Translations under genes and position numbers: made by a program | In this document: in pieces, positions 39,250-48,019 of the stretch | Position numbering within the stretch: the first letter of the stretch is position 1 | Layout of the letters: the number at the start of each line of letters is the position of its first letter | Notes under the pieces: model-generated | The model's input: only the letters and a program-made list of their open reading frames with translations | The model's database searches: none | What the model was told of the DNA's origin: nothing | Origin: Minisyncoccota bacterium | Lineage (GTDB): Bacteria; Patescibacteriota; Minisyncoccia; Minisyncoccales; GWA2-38-27 | Reading direction: 5' to 3' | Assembly: GCA_028697015.1 (NCBI GenBank) | Contig: JAQVFW010000002.1 | Span: 5,287 to 69,286, forward strand | DNA: 64,000 nt

Positions 39250-39279
39250 ATTTTTTTTGTTTAATTATTATTTTTATAT

Positions 39280-41142
39280 TTAACTTATAATTTCTACAAA
39301 CCGACCCTTTTTATTTAATGGTTTAAAATGCCTTCCTCCTCCTTCCATAAACTTTGAAAAAAACTCAACAAACTGCAATCTTGCCGAATGAATAAATGCT
39401 CCAAGGGCGTTAATAAGAAGGTTTGCCGTATGCCCCAAAAGAAGAACCATAAAAGCGACAAGCCAATTTATTCCCGGTATTGGAATCATATCTTTAAACA
39501 GAAAAGCAATCATGTTTATAACCATGGCGATTATTCCCGTTGCAAGACCTAAGGCAAGAAGACGAGAATAAGAAAGAATATCGCTAAAATAGCCGACTAT
39601 TCCATACAAAGCTCCAAAACCGGAAAGAGCCCTCGCCATAATCCCTTTTTTGGAAGAAAAAAGAATATTCAAAAGAAAAAGTAAAATAACTCCTATAATC
39701 GCAAATAAAGATGATTTTGTTAAAAAATAAAGGAAAACGCCTAAAAAGAAAAGAATAGAACCTCCTTTTTCTCCAATTCCCCCATTTATATCCCCTTGTT
39801 TTAGACATTGGAACATTCCTATTATAATCCCTACAAAAAGCTGGAAAGCTCCCAGAAAAAGCATAAAAATTAAAGTACCAATGGGATTTTCCATTGGATC
39901 AATAATCCTGTATCCGGAAAAAACATTCGTCCCGAAAAAAGTTCCTGTTAAAATTCCGGCAATAACAGTTGAAATTCCTCCTATTATGAAAAGATTGAAA
40001 AAGCCGGAATATTCTTTCTGTTTAAGAATTTTTTTCAAAACAATGGAAAGCAATATTAAAAGAGCTCCGTATCCGGCATCAGAGAGAGCAAGGCCGAAAA
40101 AAAGAGCAAAGAAAAAAGAAAGATGAGGAGTCGGGTCAAACTCCGTTCTTTTAGGCAATCCATAAACATTTGTCACGCTATTAAAAGGAGCAATTAATCC
40201 TTTATTTTTAATACAAACAGGAGGGTTATCTTCTTCTGATATCTCCATTTCCCTTATAAACGAATCAGGAAAAGAATCTTCAATCTTTTTTTTAACTAAA
40301 GGGAAGGAATCTTCGGTTGTAAAGGCCTCTATTCTGAAAAATCTCATTGTTTCAATGCCAAATGACATTGATCCTAATTTTTCAATCTCCCAGGAATAAA
40401 AATCGATCAATGCTTCTATTTTAGGAAGAAAAACAGCCATTTTTTCGGCTTCTTTCTTTTCAATATCCCCTTCAATTATTATGGTCTCAAGCTCTTTTTC
40501 TTTTTGTTTTAAATATTTATAAGGAGAAATGTTCCAAAAAATATTCTCTTCCCTTACTTTGTATTTTTCAAAAGCATTTCTGAAAAAACTCTCATCTTCT
40601 TTGGAAAAGACCAAGGAAAAATAATTATCCTCTGTAAATTGAATGCTAAAAATTTTTCCTTTTATTTCTTTAAGAAAATTATCTTTTTCCTTCTTGGAAA
40701 AGACGCCAACGGTACAAAGATATTTTTTCATCTTTAGCGAAGATGAAATAGAAAGATCTTTTACTTTATCTAATGTTTTTATTTCTTTTTCTAATTCCTT
40801 TTGGATTGATTTTAAGGAATTTAAACGTTCTTCAATTTCTTTACATCTTTTTACAACTTTTTCTATTTCTAAATCAAAAGATAAACTTTCTATTTCAGAT
40901 AAATGCAAAAGAGGCCTTTCATTTAAAAGACCAGAGACAAGCCCTTTCTTTGGTTTAAACTGATCAAGAAAGCTTTTTGCAAATTTAAGTTCAGAGTATT
41001 TTGGCAATGAAGTTGCAGAACCGGAAGATGAATTCTTGCCAGAGATTACTTCAACAGTTCCAAGTTTTTGGATTTCTTCAAGCAAAATTTCCTTCTTTCC
41101 TTTTTCTATAATAATCTCTATTTTCTTTACGGGAATATTCAT
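39280..41142 (-). CDS. atpI: V/A-type ATP synthase subunit I (membrane stator a-subunit)
   Basis: 620 aa. N-terminal soluble coiled-coil domain plus C-terminal polytopic membrane domain. Confidence 0.6.
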   Translation of the reverse strand: MNIPVKKIEIIIEKGKKEILLEEIQKLGTVEVISGKNSSSGSATSLPKYSELKFAKSFLDQFKPKKGLVSGLLNERPLLHLSEIESLSFDLEIEKVVKRCKEIEERLNSLKSIQKELEKEIKTLDKVKDLSISSSLKMKKYLCTVGVFSKKEKDNFLKEIKGKIFSIQFTEDNYFSLVFSKEDESFFRNAFEKYKVREENIFWNISPYKYLKQKEKELETIIIEGDIEKKEAEKMAVFLPKIEALIDFYSWEIEKLGSMSFGIETMRFFRIEAFTTEDSFPLVKKKIEDSFPDSFIREMEISEEDNPPVCIKNKGLIAPFNSVTNVYGLPKRTEFDPTPHLSFFFALFFGLALSDAGYGALLILLSIVLKKILKQKEYSGFFNLFIIGGISTVIAGILTGTFFGTNVFSGYRIIDPMENPIGTLIFMLFLGAFQLFVGIIIGMFQCLKQGDINGGIGEKGGSILFFLGVFLYFLTKSSLFAIIGVILLFLLNILFSSKKGIMARALSGFGALYGIVGYFSDILSYSRLLALGLATGIIAMVINMIAFLFKDMIPIPGINWLVAFMVLLLGHTANLLINALGAFIHSARLQFVEFFSKFMEGGGRHFKPLNKKGRFVEIIS

Positions 41143-41447
41143 AAGATTTCTCTTTTGAACTTAGTTAGAAGCAAGTCAAAGTTTTTTCTTGCCTTATTTT
41201 TCAATTCTTCAAATTGACCAGTGCGCTTATTTTCAATTTCTTTGTCTATATTTGCAAATTCCGATTGAAGGTCTTTTTTTAAATTACTTCTCTTTTCTTC
41301 GTCCTCTTTTTTTGTTTTGGCAATTTTTTCCTCCCAAAAACAAATACGATCTTCTTTTCTTTTTTGAAGTTCTTTTTGATAATCTTCAATCTCTTTTTCT
41401 GAAACCTCTTCGGCTTCCATTATTTTAGATAATGAATCTTCTTGCAT
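41139..41447 (-). CDS. V/A-type ATP synthase peripheral-stalk subunit G/H-like
   Basis: 102-aa all-helical Glu/Lys-rich protein at the head of the operon. Confidence 0.4.
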   Translation of the reverse strand: MQEDSLSKIMEAEEVSEKEIEDYQKELQKRKEDRICFWEEKIAKTKKEDEEKRSNLKKDLQSEFANIDKEIENKRTGQFEELKNKARKNFDLLLTKFKREIL

Positions 41448-41551
41448 ATAAAATAATATTAAAAATTTCTAAAATTAAAAAAACAAACAATTCTTGCATA
41501 GGGGGGTCCCCAAAAGAATTATTCATTCTTAAGAGAATGATATACTTTTTT

Positions 41552-41578
41552 CAAAAAAAATCAAGGCCGCTTGGCCTT
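41552..41578 (-). terminator. Intrinsic terminator after the amino-acid-kinase-like gene
   Basis: AAGGCC-aagc-GGCCTT hairpin followed by U8 on the minus strand (A8 on the other side makes it bidirectional). Confidence 0.45.
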
Positions 41579-41607
41579 TTAAAAAAAATAACTCTCTTTT
41601 TTAACGG

Positions 41608-42102
41608 TTAAAAAAATAAAGTAGTACCTTTAAAATCCTTTCCTTTTAAGATATTTTTCAAGTTATTTAAATCCTTCCCATTTGCAACTATTACTTTTTT
41701 CTTTTCTTTTTTGGCAAGACGGGCTGCCAAAGGGTCAACCGGAAGACAAAGTCCAGGAGTCCATTTTAAAGGAACTGTCTTTAAATAGTTTTTCCACTTC
41801 ATTTCTAAAATCGGAAGGGCATCTTTATGCTTTTCAGGGTCTTTATCATAAATATAATCAGGTTTTCCAAGTATGATTATGTCTTTTATATCAAGATCTT
41901 TTGCGATTTGGACAGCGATAAAATCAGTTGATCTTCCAGGATTCCATCCAGAAGCGATTATAACGGAATGATTATTAAATCCTTTAACCTTATATCTCTT
42001 ATCGAAAATAATCGGCTGAGCTTCTTTTTTAAAAAGTTTTTGAAGGGATTTAAATTTTTTTTCACTTAAATATCCCCTGTATTCAACTTCAATTTTTGCC
42101 AT
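41608..42102 (-). CDS. Amino-acid-kinase-family protein resembling the C-terminal two-thirds of UMP kinase (PyrH), truncated/divergent
   Basis: NPGRSTDFIAVQIA, YIYDKDP and VIVANGKDLNNLKNILKGKDFKGTTL match PyrH motifs, but only 164 aa with an unrelated N-terminus. Confidence 0.45.
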   Translation of the reverse strand: MAKIEVEYRGYLSEKKFKSLQKLFKKEAQPIIFDKRYKVKGFNNHSVIIASGWNPGRSTDFIAVQIAKDLDIKDIIILGKPDYIYDKDPEKHKDALPILEMKWKNYLKTVPLKWTPGLCLPVDPLAARLAKKEKKKVIVANGKDLNNLKNILKGKDFKGTTLFF

Positions 42103-42104
42103 AA

Positions 42105-42410
42105 TTAATTTTCTGCAAGCTTACTGATTAAGAGCTCTTTTGGCCGTAAACCGACTGCTTTTTCTGCCGGCTTTCCTTTTTTAAATATAATCAATGTAGG
42201 AACGGCCGGTATGTCGTAATCTTCTGCTTTTTTCGGACTTTCATAAATATCAATAATTCCAACCTTCCATTCTTTGCTCACTTCCTCAAGAATAGGAATA
42301 ATAGCAGAGCAAGCGGGACATCCAGGCCTTGAAAAGCAAACCAAAACAGGTTTTTCATTTTCCAAAACCTCCTTTTTAAAATTATCTTCGTTAAGATGAA
42401 TAATCGGCAT
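42105..42410 (-). CDS. trxA: Thioredoxin
   Basis: CFSRPGCPACSAIIP (CxxC) in a 101-aa thioredoxin-fold protein. Confidence 0.7.
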   Translation of the reverse strand: MPIIHLNEDNFKKEVLENEKPVLVCFSRPGCPACSAIIPILEEVSKEWKVGIIDIYESPKKAEDYDIPAVPTLIIFKKGKPAEKAVGLRPKELLISKLAEN

Positions 42411-42414
42411 AGTT

Positions 42415-43458
42415 TCATCCTCCCATTTTTCTAATGAAGGCCTTTAATTCTTTATTGCTTAAATTTTCTTTCAATCTTTCTTTAATTTTAACAACTTCGT
42501 CTTCTATAATGGAAGGCGAACTTTTAAGCGCTAAACTTATCTCTTTTGTTTCTTTACCGTCTATGCGCATTTCAAAAATACCCCTTTGAAATTCATTTAA
42601 AAAAGTTCCTCCCGAAATTCTTTCCATAACGTTTTCCTGCTTTACAATATAGTAAAGTTCTTTTCTCATTTTGTCGTCAAATCCGACATATTCCGCGGCC
42701 CCGGAAAAAACAGCGTCAAATTCCCTGCAATGAAAACAATTCTTGTATCCCGAAGAACAAGCAAAGTCATTATTTTTTATCGCACTCAAAATCCTTTGTG
42801 ATTTTTCTTTAATTTCTTCAAGATAAAAATTAAGAGGGCCCATTTCCTGGAAAACCGGACTTTCGTCCCTGTCTAAATAGAAATAACTGGCCTTTTTTGC
42901 GTTTTTATCAAAATTATTCCTAGCAAGGAGAACATATATTGGAAGCTGGAGAGAATTATTGCTTTCATCGTTTTTGCCAGTTTTAAAATCAACTATATGA
43001 AGTTCTCCTGAAGGAAGAATTTCAATCCAATCAATACTTCCGACAAGCTCTATGTTTTCAAAAAGAGAAAGTTTGGGAAAAACATTATTGGTATCAAGGG
43101 CTTGATTTTTTATCAAATTAGAATTTTCCGCTCTCTTTAGCATTTCCTCTCCTCTTTCTTTAAATTTCTTTTCCTGGTCTTCGGAAATAAATCCGCCCTT
43201 TTTTCCCTTGTAATTTTCCCATATTTCTTCATATCTCTGAAAAAGAGAAATTTCTTTTCTTTTTTTAGGAGAAAAAGAAGCAAGAGCTTCAATTGTTTCA
43301 TGAACAACTGTCCCTAATGATAAATAAGGGCTAACGACTTGAATTCTGTTATTATTTTTCGGGTTTCTATAAAGATGTTTATAATAATAAGCTCTTTTGC
43401 ATTTTTCAAAATCTGAAAGAGCAGAATAAGAAATCCAAACGGTTTGTCTACTGCGCAT
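42415..43458 (-). CDS. Cas4/RecB-like PD-(D/E)XK nuclease with Fe-S cluster, longer paralog of 32120..32881
   Basis: N-terminal Cys (EKCKRAYYY), GELHIVDFKTGK (D-x-K), LQLPIYVLL (QxxxY), C-terminal CSSGYKNCFHC. Confidence 0.6.
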   Translation of the reverse strand: MRSRQTVWISYSALSDFEKCKRAYYYKHLYRNPKNNNRIQVVSPYLSLGTVVHETIEALASFSPKKRKEISLFQRYEEIWENYKGKKGGFISEDQEKKFKERGEEMLKRAENSNLIKNQALDTNNVFPKLSLFENIELVGSIDWIEILPSGELHIVDFKTGKNDESNNSLQLPIYVLLARNNFDKNAKKASYFYLDRDESPVFQEMGPLNFYLEEIKEKSQRILSAIKNNDFACSSGYKNCFHCREFDAVFSGAAEYVGFDDKMRKELYYIVKQENVMERISGGTFLNEFQRGIFEMRIDGKETKEISLALKSSPSIIEDEVVKIKERLKENLSNKELKAFIRKMGG

Positions 43459-44266
43459 AATGTTTTTCCAAAAAGGTTAATGCTTCCTTTGTATCTTTTG
43501 CAAGATGATAAATTTTTGTATCTTTTTTATCTATTGATCTGTTCCTTTTATAGATAATCTCGTCAATAAAAGATAAAAGTGGCTCCCAATAGCTTTTATG
43601 AAGAAGAATTATGGGAATATTTTTTACTTTGCCGGTTTGAATAAGCGTCACAACTTCGAAAAACTCATCAAGAGTTCCAAAGCCCCCGGGAAAAAATATA
43701 TACGCCTGAGAAGCAAAAGTTAGCATTACTTTTCTTATAAAGAAATACCTGAAAGAAACAGATTGTTTTACATATTTATTTATCCCTTGTTCTTTAGGAA
43801 GATTTATATTCATTCCCAAAGATTCTCCCCCAGCTTCATGTGCTCCCTTGTTTGCCGCCTCCATAATTCCAAGTCCTGCTCCAGTTACAATTGTATATCC
43901 CCTTTTTGAAAGTTCCCTTGAAAGCAAAAACGCTTCTTTATAGTATTTATGAGAGGGCTTAACTCTAGAAGAACCGAAAAAAGTAACCGTTTTATCGTAA
44001 CGGTTTAAAAAATTAAATCCTTCAATAAATTCGCTCACTATTCTTGAAATCCTCAAGGGGGAAATATATTTAATGTGTTTTGCGTGTTCTTTCTCTAATA
44101 CTTCTTCAGGATTGTTATTTTTTTCTTTTTCCATATTTTTTTGAATATTTTTTAACCAATTTTTGGAATAAGTCCCCTTTTTCTGAAAAGTTTTTCCAAA
44201 GAGAATAGCTCGGTGATGCAGAAGAAAGAAGACAAATTTTTCCTTTTTTTGTATTTTTGTAAGCAA
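43448..44266 (-). CDS. LOG-family (TIGR00730) nucleotide-binding Rossmann protein; true start probably at internal Met ~44134
   Basis: VTFFGSSRV...GYTIVTGAGLGIMEAANKGA...PGGFGTLDEFFE. Confidence 0.7.
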   Translation of the reverse strand: MLTKIQKKEKFVFFLLHHRAILFGKTFQKKGTYSKNWLKNIQKNMEKEKNNNPEEVLEKEHAKHIKYISPLRISRIVSEFIEGFNFLNRYDKTVTFFGSSRVKPSHKYYKEAFLLSRELSKRGYTIVTGAGLGIMEAANKGAHEAGGESLGMNINLPKEQGINKYVKQSVSFRYFFIRKVMLTFASQAYIFFPGGFGTLDEFFEVVTLIQTGKVKNIPIILLHKSYWEPLLSFIDEIIYKRNRSIDKKDTKIYHLAKDTKEALTFLEKHYAQ

Positions 44267-46580
44267 ACCTTACTGCCTCTTCCATGTTCTTTGTTTTCAA
44301 AATATTAAAACCCAAAAAAGAAGAAAGAATTCTTTTCCCGCTGTCAGGAAAAAGAACTACGTTTTTTATCTTATACTTTCTGAGAGTTTTTTCAAGCTTT
44401 AAAAAATCATATCCACGGTCCTGTCCGCCTAAAAAAATTGTATCAACTTTTTTTAGCGTTTCGATTGCCATTATTGTCGACTGAGGAGTAGTGGATGCGG
44501 CATCGTCGTAAAATTCTATTTCATTATAAATGCCGATCGGTTCCAACCTGTGCTTCAATGGCTTAAAATTTTCAATCCCCTTCTTTATTACTGCCAAAGG
44601 AATTTTAAGAAGTTTGGCTGCTTTTATTGCCGCCTTAATATTATATTTATTATGAACTGCAAAAGAAGGGAATTTATGATTCAAAGAAATATCTTTTTCC
44701 TTAAAAGGAAAAAGAAGAGACAAATCTCCTTCTTTTTGAAATTTAAAAATATTCATTTTGGCATTGTAATAATTCTCAATTTTTCCATGATAATCCATAT
44801 GCTCTGGAAAGAAATTTAAAAACAAAGCAAGATTGGGAGAATAATTAATATCAGAAAGCATATAGCTTGAAAGTTCAATAACAAAAATCTCCTTTGGATC
44901 AATTTTTGAAGAAAAAACATCAAGAACCGGATTGCCTATATTCCCGATAAGACGGACTTTTCTGCCGCTTTCTTTTAAAATTTGGAATATAAGAGAAGAA
45001 GTCGTGCTTTTCCCCTTTGTCCCGGTTATTCCTATTGTATAGTTTCTATTTTTAGAAAAGAAGATATTTACGGCGGTTGTATAAGGAATCTTTATTTTTT
45101 CTTTTGGAATTCCTGGTGTTTTTATTGCCAAATCGTATTTCTTCTGTTTTTGGAGATAATTTTTATCAAACTGCATATCAAGAATTCCCACATTTATATT
45201 GGGATGAAATTTTTTAATATATCTTTCTGCTGATTTCCCTTCTTTGCCGTATCCTATAATGCACACTTTATCTTTTCCGTAAATTCTGAAAAAATCGGGA
45301 ATCGTTTCTGTATCTCTTGTTTCAAATACTTTTTCTACAAGCTTTTCTGAATTTTTAATTAAAGGAAGAAATTTCTGCACTACAGGACTATTTTTATATT
45401 TCTTACTTGAAAGAAAAAAAGCGGCTCTTGCTTCTTCAAAAGTCCCAACACAATCAAAGGGCTTCATATTTCCAAACCCCAAAATATCTTTAAAAGTCGA
45501 AAATAATTTATCTTCTTCTAAAAGATTTTTTTTAAATATTTTATACAAATCAATTTTTGAAAGAAAAGGAGAAAGAATCAAAAAAACAAAAGCGCACTTT
45601 GGACAATTGCCGCACCAAAGAGAATTTCCTCTTTTTTTGAAAACTTTAAAAGAATTATTACAGCTTGTAAAAAGAGGAAAATATTTTTTATATTTTGCAA
45701 AAATCTTGGCAATTTTTATTTCATAAAAAGGCCTTAGAATAGAGAAATAGACAATATCAGGAGTAATGAATTTTTTACTATAATCCTGAAACATCTTTTC
45801 AAATTCTTTGGACTTGCTCCATTGGTGATTTATATTCTCATTACAGTAAGAAACGTTTCCAAAATTGCTGCTTTTTTCATTGCCAACAATAACGTATCTA
45901 AAATTATAAAGAAAAGCCAGAAGAAGTCCGATAAAAGCGAAAACGGCTGAAATTGGAATATGGCCGTTATATCCTCCTTCATGATTTTGAAAAATTTTAG
46001 GATCAAGAATTCTGACTGCTTTAAGAGAAGGATTTCCAATTTTTTTAACTACTTTTTCCAGAACGATATTTTTTCCTTCTGTTTGAACATAAAAAGAAAC
46101 AGAAGGAAATCCCCTTAGAATCTCAGAGGCAACAATTGAATCTTTCCCTCCCCCAATTCCAATAAGAGCCCTTTCTTTCTTTTCAATTCTGAGGGGTTTT
46201 TTAGTTTTTTTAGAATATGGAAACTTAGCTATCTTATTTGGATTTATCTTGTTTTTATACAAAAACTCTCCAAGGCCCTTTCTATAAACAGTATTCCAAA
46301 AATCGGCCTGTTCTTTAGAAAGGGAGAAAGAAAGCTTTATCTTTGAAGGACAATAAAGCTTGTAATAGCTTATTCCAAGTATAATAGAAAGAGGTTCTAA
46401 AAAGTTTTCAAGAGATTTTTGAGAAACGCCAAAAATCTTAGAAGGCAAGAGAATAACTTCTTTGAAATTTAAGGGCTTTCTGTTTAAAAATTCAATTCTG
46501 TAATAAAAAGAAATCTTCAAATCTTTAGCATTGAATTTATATCCCTTAAAATGGAAGGTTTTTGGCTTTGGAGAAGACAT
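44115..46580 (-). CDS. murD: Fusion protein: N-terminal PP-loop ATP-pyrophosphatase-like domain with Cys cluster (~aa 1-430) + C-terminal complete MurD (UDP-N-acetylmuramoylalanine--glutamate ligase, ~aa 435-821)
   Basis: N-domain: GIGGGKDS PP-loop and CGNCPKC. C-domain: KVCIIGYGKEGKS Rossmann N-terminus and IGITGTKGKSTTSSLI Mur-ligase P-loop. Single uninterrupted 821-aa ORF. Confidence 0.7.
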   Translation of the reverse strand: MSSPKPKTFHFKGYKFNAKDLKISFYYRIEFLNRKPLNFKEVILLPSKIFGVSQKSLENFLEPLSIILGISYYKLYCPSKIKLSFSLSKEQADFWNTVYRKGLGEFLYKNKINPNKIAKFPYSKKTKKPLRIEKKERALIGIGGGKDSIVASEILRGFPSVSFYVQTEGKNIVLEKVVKKIGNPSLKAVRILDPKIFQNHEGGYNGHIPISAVFAFIGLLLAFLYNFRYVIVGNEKSSNFGNVSYCNENINHQWSKSKEFEKMFQDYSKKFITPDIVYFSILRPFYEIKIAKIFAKYKKYFPLFTSCNNSFKVFKKRGNSLWCGNCPKCAFVFLILSPFLSKIDLYKIFKKNLLEEDKLFSTFKDILGFGNMKPFDCVGTFEEARAAFFLSSKKYKNSPVVQKFLPLIKNSEKLVEKVFETRDTETIPDFFRIYGKDKVCIIGYGKEGKSAERYIKKFHPNINVGILDMQFDKNYLQKQKKYDLAIKTPGIPKEKIKIPYTTAVNIFFSKNRNYTIGITGTKGKSTTSSLIFQILKESGRKVRLIGNIGNPVLDVFSSKIDPKEIFVIELSSYMLSDINYSPNLALFLNFFPEHMDYHGKIENYYNAKMNIFKFQKEGDLSLLFPFKEKDISLNHKFPSFAVHNKYNIKAAIKAAKLLKIPLAVIKKGIENFKPLKHRLEPIGIYNEIEFYDDAASTTPQSTIMAIETLKKVDTIFLGGQDRGYDFLKLEKTLRKYKIKNVVLFPDSGKRILSSFLGFNILKTKNMEEAVRFAYKNTKKGKICLLSSASPSYSLWKNFSEKGDLFQKLVKKYSKKYGKRKK

Positions 46581-46596
46581 AAAAATTAATTAAAAC

Positions 46597-48003
46597 TTAG
46601 ATTCTGATAAAGGAGAATGAATTAATAATATCTTTTCTTCCTTTATGCTCTCCGCTTACAATAAGCAGTTTTTTTCCTTTGGCAATAAGTTTTTCTTTTC
46701 TTAATTTTTCAGCTGTATTTTTTATCGCTTCCGGAGAGGCAAGATCAAAAGAGACAAAAAACGGCTCAACTCCGCAGGATAAAGAGAGCTTTTCGGCTGT
46801 TTTTCGATTATTAGTAAGAGCGATAATTTTTGTTTTAGGTCGAAAACTGGAAAGAACTCTTGCAGTATAGCCACTTTCAGTAAAAACAACAACAATATCC
46901 AGTTCAGGCCTTGCCTTCAATATGGAAACAACTGCGCTAATTGTAAGTTCTGTTGTTGTCCTGAGTTTGAATGAAAGAGTAGAAAACCCCGTTTTCTTTT
47001 CATTGAATTTCAAGATCTTTGCCATTGTTTCAACGGCTCTTATAGGATATTGGCCTATGGCCGTTTCTTCGGAAAGCATAACCGCATCAGCCCTGTTAAA
47101 AACGGCATTTGCAACATCGGTCGCCTCGGCTCTTGTCGGACGCGGGTTTTTTATCATTGAATAAAGCATTTGAGTTGCTATTATGACAGGCTTTCTCGCC
47201 TCCATGCATTTATATACGATTTTTCTTTGAAGATATGCCAAGCGTTCAATTGGAACTTCTATTCCCAAATCCCCTCTTGCAACCATTACGGCATCTGAAT
47301 ATTCAATGATTTCTTCTAAATTATCTATTGCCTGTTTGTTTTCTATCTTTGAAACAATTTCAGCGTTGATTTTTCTTTTTTCCATTTCCCTTCTTAAAAC
47401 TTCTATATCTTTTTTATTTCTCACAAAAGAAAGAGCAACATAGTCAATTTTCTCTTTTGCGATCATATCAAGGCTTTTGAGGTCGTTTTCAATTAAAGAA
47501 GAAAGATTTAAATTCTTACTTGGAAGATTCAAGCTTTTTTTATCCTTAATAACTCCCCCCTCTATAACTTCTGCAATAATTCTGTCTTTCTTTTTATTCA
47601 TTACAACAAACTCAATAAAGCCATCGTCAATAAGAAGTATGTCTTTTTTTGAAAGAGATTCAAAAACAGATTTATTTGACAAAGCAAGAGAAATATCTCT
47701 GGAATTAAAATTCTCTCCTATTGTAATCAAATCCCCTTTTTCCACTTTAATTTCTCCTTTTTCTCTTGTTTCAATACGAATTTCAGGACCTTGCAAGTCT
47801 ATAAGAATAGCAATATTTTTTTTCAATTCCGTCGCTGCTTTTTGGGCTCTCTTTATCCTTTGGTTATGCCAAGATATTTCATTGTGCTTGGTATTAAAGC
47901 GAAAAACGTTTACTCCCGCACTAATAAGGGACCTTAATAATTCCGGCGTATCTGTAGATGGACCGACCGTGGCAACTATTTTGGTTTTTTTATCAAAAAT
48001 CAT
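46597..48003 (-). CDS. pyk: Pyruvate kinase
   Basis: KIVATVGPST and MVARGDLGIEVP motifs. 468 aa. Confidence 0.9.
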   Translation of the reverse strand: MIFDKKTKIVATVGPSTDTPELLRSLISAGVNVFRFNTKHNEISWHNQRIKRAQKAATELKKNIAILIDLQGPEIRIETREKGEIKVEKGDLITIGENFNSRDISLALSNKSVFESLSKKDILLIDDGFIEFVVMNKKKDRIIAEVIEGGVIKDKKSLNLPSKNLNLSSLIENDLKSLDMIAKEKIDYVALSFVRNKKDIEVLRREMEKRKINAEIVSKIENKQAIDNLEEIIEYSDAVMVARGDLGIEVPIERLAYLQRKIVYKCMEARKPVIIATQMLYSMIKNPRPTRAEATDVANAVFNRADAVMLSEETAIGQYPIRAVETMAKILKFNEKKTGFSTLSFKLRTTTELTISAVVSILKARPELDIVVVFTESGYTARVLSSFRPKTKIIALTNNRKTAEKLSLSCGVEPFFVSFDLASPEAIKNTAEKLRKEKLIAKGKKLLIVSGEHKGRKDIINSFSFIRI

Positions 48004-48019
48004 AAAATTAAGAATGAAT

